From: Dipteris shenzhenensis
Taxonomy: Eukaryota
Assembly (NCBI GenBank): GCA_047967505.1
Contig: CM106538.1
Length of the DNA stretch: 64,000 bases
Strand: one strand, 5' to 3'
The translations under genes and the position numbers were made by a program. The notes under the pieces were generated by a model. The model was not told the DNA's origin. It searched no databases and worked only from the letters and a program-made list of their open reading frames with translations. Positions 35,509-46,477 of this stretch are shown in pieces; position 1 is the stretch's first letter; every line of letters begins with the position of its first letter.

Positions 35509-38128
35509 TGTTGGAATACTGAAAAGAAAGAGTAGAGTGGACACAAACTCAGAATACTTGCTTATAGAATGAAGAAGAAAGAGGTCCTTAAGTAGGCACC
35601 TCATACAAGGTCACTAACATCACTGATGACCTCAAAGCTCCACAATCATCTCCTCAATCTGCTCCTAGATTCACTCAATCATCCTATGTGGCTTTTCCAC
35701 CACCTAACTGTGCCTCTAGCACTCACACATAGAAACATAAGGTGTGCCTGAGGCATACACCTTGAGATATCCCAACAAACCCCCCCTCAAGGAAATGCCT
35801 CAGGCTATGTCAAGGATACATCTAGTCTCATAGTTTCTCATGCCATCTCATGGTGGTCAAGGATTAATCTATGGCTAGGTTCTCATGCTAGCAAGGGTTC
35901 CCTTGGGTGTAAGGTAAACAAAAAGGGATACAAAAAGACCTTCCAATGGTTATCTCCCCTGCATGTACATGCACACAATGTCTGCAGGAGGTACCATGGA
36001 GCAAAACTACACATGGCCTACATCATAAGGTGACCAGAGGTGTTTACAAAACACACAAAACACAATAATTTATTTCATTCATTTTGGAGGACTATCCAAG
36101 CTGAGTACCTTGACATAAAAAGAGAGATCTAGAGCATACATAGAGATGTGTTTAAAATGCATAATCTTCAAAGGATGCCTCATCTTGTGGAGGCTCATTA
36201 ACTGTAAGTAGATTTGCATTTTCTGTCTTTGCTTTGGCTCTGCAAAACTTCTCATGATGGTTGTTCTTGCCACAGTGCTTGCATGGATTAACTTTGAAGC
36301 AGTCCTTTGAAAGGTGATTTGTCTTTCCACAGTGATTGCAAGGAGTATACTTGCCCTTCTTGACTTTTACAGCATAAGCAGTGTCATTGCCTTTCCTTAG
36401 ATCCATATGCCTTTCTTCTTCTTGGAGAGCAGAGATAATGCCTTCAAGGTTAGGATTGGGAAGATTCTTCAAAGTGCTAACAATGTGATCAAAACTTTCA
36501 GGCATACTCTTAAGTAACACTGCCATAGCATCATCAGGGGTGATAGGAGAGTTGATAGAAGCTAATTGAGTCATAAGACTCCGCATATAGTTGACATGAG
36601 CAGCTAAAGTAGTATCACTAGCCATATTTAATTCAAAGAAAGAGATTTTAAGTGATAGTTTAGAGATGTGAGAGCTTGCACCAAAAATCATGTCTAGCTT
36701 CTGCCAAGCTTCCGAAGGAGACTCCAAGTCAGAGATATGGTGTATATAATCATCACCCAAAGCAAGAGCAATGATACCATATGCCTTTTCTTCTCTTGCT
36801 AGATCCCTTGCCGGTCGTGTCGGTGTTGAGGATTCTCCAGCATTGGAGGCTGTAGAAGAAGCGGTAGGAGTGGGTTTGACAAGTCCCCATAAGTTCTCCC
36901 GCATCAATGCAAATTTCACCTTCATTTGCCATGTATGGAAGCCCTTTCCATTGAACTTCTCAAGATTAAATATGGTAGCCATGAGAGGGTCTAACCCAGA
37001 TATTGGGCAGTGTCTATCTCTCTTACAAGGCAAAAATAACTGAAAGACTTCCAAAATATGAGCACTTAATGTAGCAAATAGTAGTGACTAGATTTCAAAC
37101 AATGATGCTTCTTCTTACATGCTTCATAGAAGTGGATGAAATAAACACTTTCCAATCAAAACCAGGTCTAGCAAGTCAAAACAAAACTGAATCCACACTT
37201 GTACTGAAGTTATTAAAAGCTTCAAAAAACCAGAAATGCTAGAGTAGCATTTTATGTAGCATCATCTTCAAAAACTTGTCCAAAACTGTCAAAACTGAAA
37301 AGCTGAACTTGGAGGGCTTGTAGCTCACTCTTCAAAGTAAGGAAAAGAGGGCTTTCTAAAGCAAAAGAAAGCTCATATACCAAAGAAGGTCCAGCACAGA
37401 GGTTGGACAAAATGGTGCGCACTTTTGCCCGGGAGAGTTGCTACAGGCTGAAATTGAGTTTTGATAATTTCTCCCTTGTTACTAAACCAAATGACCTGAA
37501 AAATGGCTCAAAATCTTTGTCTTGAGGTCGCCCATCTACTCCTAAGAGGGTTCAGGCAATGGTGGAGCAGGCAGGGAGTATTGAGCAACACAAGAAATTC
37601 GCTGTTTGGAGAATGGCAGCCACCACAGACGTTTTTTCTTCAATTACTTGCAGGTGGAAGTTTGCCCATACTAGAGGAGTTTCCAGCTCAGAGGGTTTGG
37701 GAAATGGTCATTTGTAGATGGAGAACCAAGCTCTCAAAGATTTTGGGAAGAAAGAGGAAAATGGAGAAGAAGAAGATGAAGAAGAAGATGATGATGTGGC
37801 AGAAATGGGCTCAAGGGGGATCAAAGGGCTCTGATACCATGTTGGAATACTGAAAAGAAAGAGTAGAGTGGACACAAACTCTGAATACTTGCTTATAGAA
37901 TGAAGAAGAAAGAGGTCCTTAAGTAGGCACCTCATACAAGGTCACAGACATCACTGATGACCTCAAAGCTCCACAATCATCTCCTCAATCTGCTCCTAGA
38001 TTCACTCAATCATCCTATGTGGCTTTCCACCCACCTAACTGTGCTTGTGGGCACCTAACTGTGCCTCTAGCACTCACACATAGAAACATAAGGTGTGCCT
38101 GAGGCATACACCTTGAGATATCCCAACA
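35509..38128 (-). mobile_element. Gag-only non-autonomous LTR element (TR-GAG-like), element E
   Basis: LTRs 35509-35777 and 37840-38128; TSD CTGTC; PBS 37828-37839; PPT about 35780-35790; no pol. Confidence 0.9.
36152..36982 (-). CDS. Copia-type Gag with two CCHC zinc knuckles
   Basis: EKFNGKGFHTWQMKVKFAL..LW, LLKSMPESF, CNHCGKTNHLSKDC, CKHCGKNNHHEKFC. Confidence 0.9.
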   Translation of the reverse strand: MATIFNLEKFNGKGFHTWQMKVKFALMRENLWGLVKPTPTASSTASNAGESSTPTRPARDLAREEKAYGIIALALGDDYIHHISDLESPSEAWQKLDMIFGASSHISKLSLKISFFELNMASDTTLAAHVNYMRSLMTQLASINSPITPDDAMAVLLKSMPESFDHIVSTLKNLPNPNLEGIISALQEEERHMDLRKGNDTAYAVKVKKGKYTPCNHCGKTNHLSKDCFKVNPCKHCGKNNHHEKFCRAKAKTENANLLTVNEPPQDEASFEDYAF

Positions 38129-38868
38129 CTGTCCACATCTCCTACCCAATCTGAGTCACAGAATCCAGTCAAGATGCCATAATCAAGTGTGCCTTTGATG
38201 TATTTCAACACCCATATCCCTGCCTTCCAATGGTTCTCTCGAGGCTTATTGGAAAACCTACTTAGTACACCAATCACAAAGCTGATGTTTGGCCGCATGT
38301 TGAACAAGTAAATCAAACTGCCGACAAGCATTCTGTACTTTGCTTCGTCCACCAGTGGTGATGAATCCTCGTTTGAGAGCTTCACGTCAACCTCCATAGG
38401 GGTGCCAACTATCTTGCACTCAGCCATGCCAAATGCCTTCAATATCTCTCCAGCATACTTCAGCTATGATATGATCTGTTTTGGCTCTTGCCGAACTTCA
38501 ATCCCCAAACAGAAATGCATCAGTCCGAGGTTTGTCATTTCAAACTCTCTTCCTAGCAAATGCTTTGCCTGCAATATCTTCTCTTAATGGTTCCCTGTTA
38601 TGACAAGGTTATCCACAGAAAGGACCACGATCATACACCTGCCTCCTTCTCTGAAGATATACAAATTTGCATCAGATGGGCTCCTCCTGGACTCGTTTTG
38701 CAGAAAGTAGGCATCAATCCGCTTATACCACCCTTGTGGGCCCTGTTTCAACTCGTAAAGTGCCTTCTTCAATTTACAGACTTTACCTTCTGAACCGGGG
38801 ATCACAAAACCTGGTGATTGTTCCATGTATATCTCCTCCTTGAGATCTCCATTCAGAAAGGTAGATTT

Positions 38869-41690
38869 TGTTGAGAGATATGGTGCCATGAGCACATGTA
38901 GAGCAAAGGTATGGGCAAAGGATAAGCTGCCACATGGCATGGAGGAGATATCCCACATGTGAGCAAGCAAAATGGATGTAAGTACCCTCACCTATAAAAG
39001 GGAGGTTCATTTGAAGTAATATCAATCAAGCACTTTGCACTATCTCAAGATTCTCTTTATGAGTCCAAGCTAATCTATCTTGGAACCTAATTGACTTGAG
39101 ATACATGTCATGAGCACTCTCTTCATCATGTTTCCACATAGGTTCCATCCACCTTAGAGTGCTCCATAGATCCTCAGGCACACATGTTTTGTCATGGTAT
39201 CAGAGCATAGGTTTAGCTCTCCTAGTTTAGCTCATTAGTAGTTCACTAGGATTGCTTCCATTCCTAGATTAGTTGTAGGCATGTTTTAGGAGCTCATGTT
39301 TTCTTCTAGGTTAGTTTCAGTTTTAGAGAGTTTTTTTCTTGAGTGATATTTGTGAGAGAAAATTCTGTCCATAGGCTTCGGCTCTTTTCGATTCTTCTTG
39401 TAAGAAATTCATGAGTGAGGTTCTTTGAAGGAGAGGATATGTATCTGTGAGATTGAAAGGAAGCTAACATCTTGAAATAGATCATGAGCTCAAGGAGACG
39501 AGATTGAGAGAAGGAAATGTCTTAGGATCAAGATAGAGAGAGAGATAGAATTCACGGAGAGTTTGACCGAAATGATTCAGTGTTGTTGATGAAGGAATCC
39601 ATGCAGTTTTCTACCGCAACGACGATTAATGGAGCTTGTCCATTGTAGCTAAGCATTTGGATTGCAGCACTTCAATGACCAGCTACGGCCTCCATAGCTC
39701 CCAGCGACCCTGAGTCACGAAGTACCACCTCTGCAGCCTAGCAGAGTGCCAAGGGTAGATGCGACTCTACTGCGCCCTCCAGCGAATGACAAGTCCTACG
39801 TGAAGGCCAGCCTTCAACAGCCTCTGATGCACCGAGGGCTCCAGCGCCAACACCGACAACAAGCCTCACAGGCCAGCAGCCAAAGCAGCGCATGTAGCTT
39901 CGAAATCTGCAACAAACATTGCCCGTGACCCGTCGAACCAGCTCATTCAGCAACCATCCTCTGCATCAACGTCCATCTTTGGATCGGCCAGCCTCTCGAG
40001 AGCCGACCTCTACCAGCAACGACTAGCTTCAACAAGAAGAGAGTGCCAAAACTTTTGGGTTGCCTTCTATGCTCTTTGTAGCTCTACTTAGTTCCTCAGC
40101 ATGAGCGCCAACGAACGGGACAACATCAACTGGCGCTGCTCCAACGACATCCAGCTCTAGACTAGTGCAACGCCCATGCTCCAAGGTGCCCACGCTAGAG
40201 CCTCCGGAAAGCCTTTCAACCGGCACACGAGGCGACTTGACACAAAAGGCAGCAACCTCCATCTCCAAACGTGGCGACTTCAGTGACAGAAGCAAACAAC
40301 AACAACGAACGGCTCCCTCCATCGACAACGCAGAAACTCCCTACAGCCAACCAAGCTCACGATAGTAACTCGGACGCTACGACTTTTTTAAAAGTCCTTT
40401 CCTTGGAGGTACGACAGCTTCAATCGTGCCCGACCACGACGGCCTCAACGGCAGCTTCAATCTCTATCCTTATCGACATCTTTGCACAGAGTCTATCTCT
40501 CTCTACACTCCCTCATCAACACGTGTTAAGATAGGACTTAACTGTGGTTAGATTACAAGATAACCATGGTTAGGTGTGGTTCAGTTAGTGGGCTTAGGTT
40601 CAGTTACTGGAACTACAGTAAAACCTTGGGTTAACTCATTTGGCTTAAAAGTTTGACACATGGCAGATAAGACCTGACTGTGGTAAGGTTAAGGTCACCC
40701 ACCAAGGCAGGGTTAAGGTTAGCTAAATGCCACCTAAGCATGCACAGTCAGTAGTGCCATCCAAGCACAGTCCCTTTGTAAGCACAGTATGGAATTCAGC
40801 ATGTGAATCCCTGTGCCACATCATCAAGACCCCCTCTTCTTCACAAAAGCTTCAACAAGCCATAACTTCCAATCCAGGAAGAATTTGGACATGCTCCAAA
40901 AAGGAAAAGTGATCGTCTTTTCAAGCTCTACGCGTCTGTCATGTTAGAATCATTGTATGCAATTAGACACTGCCAATATTGAAAGAATTCAATTGGTAAG
41001 ACCTTTGCAACCATTGGAAAAAGCAAAGCATAAATGCAAACATCGATGTAAAAAGCAAGCCAAAACCACAAGTGCATGAGATGACCATAGCAGGAAGCAT
41101 GGCATCCACACATAAAGCACCAAGGCACATGGAAGAACAAAGCATCATGCATCCAGCTACGTCAAGCGAAGAAGCAAACGCCATCGACATGAAGCATTGA
41201 AATGCAAAAACCTTGCCAACCTTGCCTATGTTTTGTAATCAAACCTGACCACCTGAGAGTAGCTATGAAAGCACCCAGGGGAGGTATTGACATGTAAAAG
41301 CCACACTTGACCACCTTAAGTAGCATGCATGCAGTAGCCAAAGGATTATGGCACCAAGGGGAGGTGTTGAGAGATATGGTGCCATGAGCACATGTAGAGC
41401 AAAGGTATGGGCAAAGGATAAGCTGCCACATGGCATGGAGGAGATATCCCACATGTGAGCAAGCAAAATGGATGTAAGTACCCTCACCTATAAAAGGGAG
41501 GTTCATTTGAAGTAATATCAATCAAGCACTTTGCACTATCTCAAGATTCTCTTTATGAGTCCAAGCTAATCTATCTTGGAACCTAATTGACTTGAGATAC
41601 ATGTCATGAGCACTCTCTTCATCATGTTTCCACATAGGTTCCATCCACCTTAGAGTGCTCCGTAGATCCTCAGGCACACATGTTTTGTCA
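38869..41690 (+). mobile_element. Non-coding LTR element (TRIM/LARD-like), element F
   Basis: 326-bp LTRs at 38869-39194 and 41365-41690 with 1 visible difference; TSD GATTT; PBS 39195-39206; PPT 41356-41364; no gag/pol motifs seen. Confidence 0.9.
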
Positions 41691-42059
41691 GATTTTACAT
41701 CCATCTAAAACACGGGCCATCTTCCCTGGGCTGCTAAAGCCAAAACACTGTGAATTGTGGTTAGTGGAGCTGTGGGAGCAAAAGTATCCTAATAATCAAA
41801 ACCATGTACCTGTGTGAATCCTTTCGCCATGAGCCGAGCCTTGTACTTATCCAACAAGCCGTCGGACTTGGTCTTGTACACCCACTTGGTGCCAATTACC
41901 TTGCATTTTGGTGGTCGATCCACAAGGTCCCAAGTGTTGTTCTTCATTATGGAGCCATTCTCTAACTGCATAGCCTCCATCCACCTATCAGTTCTGTCTT
42001 TTTCTTTTACTTAAGTGTGATCCTCTTTTTTTAATTACTTACTGTGCATTCTTATGTCT

Positions 42060-42431
42060 TACAGCATATCATCTACAACCACCTTCCCTATTTTGTCAAA
42101 AAGTATGGATGCCCAGCAATTTGGTCTACCCAAGGCATGGAGAAGTCTCACTACATGGCACGTAATGCATTTTTCAGACACACACAACACTATGGAGGGA
42201 GTCAGAAGGCAAATAGTCTGAAGGAAGTCTTCCAATGGTTTTACCGAGGCATACTATAGAGGCTGCATGCTAAAAGAAAAGTTGCTAGCTCCAAAATCAA
42301 GCTTGCTTTTCTTCTATCCCAAAAGCAAAGACGAAGACAAGCTCTAGACAATTCAATGGCAGCAGAGAGACATAGACAATGGAGCGAATCGAAGATATTT
42401 AGAAACCATAAATGGACAAGTAAACATGAAT
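42060..42431 (+). pseudogene. Last exon of a RAG1/Transib/Chapaev-like transposase
   Basis: HIIYNHLPYFVKKYGCPAIWSTQGMEKSH resembles RAG1 [29 protein letters not shown] (catalytic Glu region); preceded by acceptor TTACAG. Confidence 0.6.
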
Positions 42432-42757
42432 AGGACTCATTTGCAACTTATTGGTGTTATGTCCACATGTTTTCAAACTCAATCAATAGAAATTTTTTTT
42501 GTGGAACAAGTGACTCTTGGTGTTATGCATCAAAAGTATTTCTTTTGTGAAACATATGATCTAAACGTAATACAATTTGTTCACAATTTCAATATATTGT
42601 TTGTTTAATATTTAACGACACCACTCTATCTAAATGTACAAATCATTTGATCTTCAACTTATTGTTCATTTATACAAGATCATACCAGATATCAAAGACT
42701 TTGTACAAATCAGTTCAACTTTAATATAATGTTTGTGCTATATTTGATGACTAAATC

Positions 42758-44440
42758 CTATTTCTCCCAGGGCCTGCCGATCGAAACTCTCTTTTTTATC
42801 TTGATTGGAGTCTTTTTCTTCTTTATTGGCTTGATGTCGACTGTCTTTTTATCAATGCTTGCCTCTGTTGCTTGTCTACGAGGGGTATCCTTTTCTTCAG
42901 CTGTCTTCACCTGTTCCTCTTCTTGGATTGTATGGCCTGATGCAATCATGGGTGGCTCTCGAAACCTTATGAGCTTGTGTTTTCCATAGCCCTCCAGACA
43001 TTTGGGCTCCTTAACACCACATGCTAATGCATAAGAAGTGTAAGACAAAAAGTAAGAGGCCCTAGAGGCCTGCTTATTCACATAATCTCCAAATATATCT
43101 ATGGCAGACAACCTCTCTATCAAAATGATCTTTTCCTTTTGCCATGAAAGATCATGTCCACCTAAAGACCTGGACAAACATTTTAAGAAGTAAACAATGG
43201 CTTCTCCATTGTTGCTCAACTGCCTATGGTAAATCAAGATCTTAGCATTGCCTAGATCATGAATATAATGAGCTAGGCCTGACATTTTGTGAAACCCAAC
43301 CGGCCTGCTTCCACTTGATCTGAGGAATGTGTCATCCTCAATTTGTAGCTGCCACATATCAAAAGATTGGAGTGAGACAATACACAACCTACAAAAACAA
43401 AGTTAAGTAGAAGACAAAGTATTTGATTTGAAGTACCTTCTCATTTTCATTAGCAACAAGTAGTTCATCTTTCCAAAGATTTATTCCTCTCCCCTCTTGT
43501 CCAACCTCTTCTTTAGGCTTTTCTGTGTATAGTGCTGAGAGATTCATAGCTTCCTGTGTGAGCTAGAAGGCAGCTTCATCTGGCTCTTGGAACTTTTCAG
43601 CCTCTTTGAAACAAAATGTAAGGGCCTCTACAGGATCAAAAATTGTTTCCAAAGCCAATAGTGAATGGTCATCCTCTATGCCAACCTCCCTTGAAGCCTG
43701 GGAAATAAGGGAAATGGCATAGTCCTCCCTCAAATTGAACATACACTCTATATCATGGAGGAAAACATAATCTTTTCCACCAATCAAGACACCTGGAAGC
43801 ATGGGCACTGCATAGTTGCTGCTCTGGACATCAAAATCTTCAACTAGCTCTGCTCCCCTCAGAGTTTTTGTCCTCAGTTGTACAAGGTCAAGAGCAGCCA
43901 CTTGCAACCCCTCATCCTGAAGGTTGATATCTTCTTCTTGCTCTGCCATTTCTATGACCAAAGAAACATCCTCCTTTTCCTCTGCTTCAGATGTGTCTTC
44001 TTCTTCAATCTCCTGCCCTTGTTCATCCAAAGACTCCTGACTGAAGACAATGTACATAAGGAATGCCATGGTTTCCTCAAGCACTCTGCACTTTCTGGTG
44101 TGCAAGTTACAGTTGAATTTATATTGATCAGGCCAGTTGTCAAATCTTTTGTTCACATGGTACCTCAGCCTGTCAATGGAGACAATATGATTTATATGCA
44201 CAAAAACCTTTTCTCCTTTCATAATTCTTCCTGCCTCTGTCAGTTCTTTGAAGGTATCCCAATAGTCTGAAAGAAAATCTTTGTGATGCTCCAGTACAGA
44301 GCTCATTGTGAACTCCATGTTAAAAATACTATGGTATATATGGAAGTTACTCTGAGCCTTGCATTTGTGAAGAAACTCAAATAGGAGCAAATCTGGAGAC
44401 TTGCCCTCTTCTGGTTCCTTTTGTTTTGTGATGGAAGAAT
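42758..44440 (-). pseudogene. Two-exon gene of unknown function, putative transposon accessory gene
   Basis: 275-aa and 209-aa ORFs in tandem with a short candidate intron at about 43390-43435; acidic middle, basic C-terminus; no family recognised. Confidence 0.45.
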
Positions 44441-44750
44441 CAGCACTCTGCTCCAGTCTCTTCTTTTTGCTTGTTCAAAAACTTATATACTTTGAATTCT
44501 ATATGCTGACATATGCAATCAGTGAATGCATAGGATATCACCAGATAATTCCTTCATGAGCTCTCATGACTCACCTGGTGATTGCTGTGGTCTAATAATA
44601 GCAGCAAAAAAGTCCAGCTTCCTCTTGAAAGGTGGGGCCTGGGAGTCAACTGTTCCAAAGCAAAAACATCTCTCATCATCAAGGAAGAATTCCACAGGGC
44701 TAAAGATAGCAAAACAATGAGGTAGAAGTGAGAACCAAATCAGACACAGG

Positions 44751-46372
44751 AATTTGCAGCAAAACACGATGGGGGACCATTTGGAAAATCATTTGGACTC
44801 TCCTCGCATTTTGTTGCAAATTCTCCAGTTCTGTTCATGTGCATGTCAAATCAAACACTAGGTTCATCTCATTCATTCCTGGACAGTATGATCTCATATG
44901 CAAGAGAAATGCTGGAGTTGAGTGAAGCTTTTCATGAGGAATGTGTCAACAACAGGAATTTGCAGCAAAATGCGATATGGGCTATTTAGAGATGTATAAA
45001 CCACTCTCCTTGCATTTTGTTGCAAATTTCTAGGTTCTATTCATATCCATCTCCAATCAAATTCCTGGGTGATTTACCACATTCTTGGACAGTATCAATT
45101 GAAAATGTAACAAGAAGGGTGGAGTTGAGTGAAGACATTTGGACATCAAAAATCCAATGGATGGAAGAAATATATGTCAAAAAACATTGAAAACAATCTA
45201 GAATTCTGACCTTTTTTTTCCTTTTCCATGCTGTTGGAGTTGCACTGGTGAATCTCCTACTCTTTCACTAGCTTGAACTCTACACTCTAGGTAACCGGGA
45301 GATCTGGCAGTGGTAGTAGTCTTCAAACAGGTTGCAATCTAGATGGAGTGTGCTGGGTAGGAAAGGATCAAAGAGAAGGAAATGGAAGATGCGAGGGTTG
45401 TGGCAGGGATGAAAGATTGGGAGGCAGGGGAGGGAAGAGTGGTTGTGGAATTGATTATGAAATCATGAATGGCACAAGTTCCAAGGCATAAAGTGTACCT
45501 TTCACATGTGCCAAATTTCAAACTCCAAGAGATCTGGGTCCCATCCACACATGTGAAAAACAACTACATTCCACACGTGTGGGATTTAGAAGATGCCTTA
45601 TTTGTATTTGCACTTATTTGTGGTATCCTGTTTCAGACCTCTTGCCCTCCAGTCTCTACTCTCTTACCTCCCTACCTCCATACTCTGCAACATCAACATC
45701 CTGACTAGCAGCATAGGTTCATCTCCAGCACAAGGTACTCATCAGCAGCACAGCACATCCACAGATAGATTTCAGGTCAGTAACAATGGGTTCTTCCCTT
45801 AGTCTCTGCAATCTTCTTGCCTACCATAGAAACAATCCATCCTGCATGGAAATGCATAGACTTAGTCCATATTTTATTTAGTTGTCAAGACAGAGAAATC
45901 ACTGTAGGAATGTAGATCTTCAAGTGTGATATTTGCATGTGAGGGTAAAACTGTACTTATGGGTTCTTCCTTTAGTCTGTGCACACTTCTTGCCTTCCAT
46001 AGACTCAATCCATCCTGCATGGTTATGCAAACACCTTCAAATGACTGAAGGCATATTCCAGCATGCTGCCTCATGAATTTGCAGGAAAACGCGAGGAGAA
46101 GGCCTTAGGAGTTCCAAATAGTTGAAATCACGTTTTGTTGCAAATATTGAAATGTTGCTTCATCCACCCCTGTCATTCTGGTTTTGTGACTTCCATAGCT
46201 ATCCATGGCTGTACTCTTCTTGCATAAACTCCATTCATACTGTATTTAGTTGTAAAGACAGAGAAATCACTGTAGGAATGCACCAGCATGTCATTTCAGG
46301 AATTTGCAGGAAAACGCGATTTGGACCTGTTAGGAATTTCAAACTCCTCGTATCGCGTTTTATTGCAAATTT
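44751..46372. repeat. Four related hairpin elements AATTTGCAG(C/G)AAAA..CGA-N~30-TCGC..TTT(G/A)TTGCAAAT
   Basis: At 44751-44822, 44957-45028, 46076-46146 and 46301-46372. Confidence 0.8.
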
Positions 46373-46477
46373 TTCTATGTTGCTTCATCCACCCCTATGA
46401 TTGCCTTTTTTTTGTCAAAACATGTTCTCCATGTTTGTAATCTATTTCCAATCCTTTGTATGCAATTTTTCAGAGTG

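Larger units (their letters stand above)
9311..41990 (-). mobile_element. Decayed Copia family D (3' LTR, PPT, RT/RNaseH pieces) hosting four direct nested insertions
   Basis: 3' LTR split as 9311-9704 + 23318-23652; PPT about 23653-23662. Pol pieces at 23685-23833, 35223-35508, 38129-38868 and 41691-41990 are collinear with the D-family copy at 58500-60000. Confidence 0.8.
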
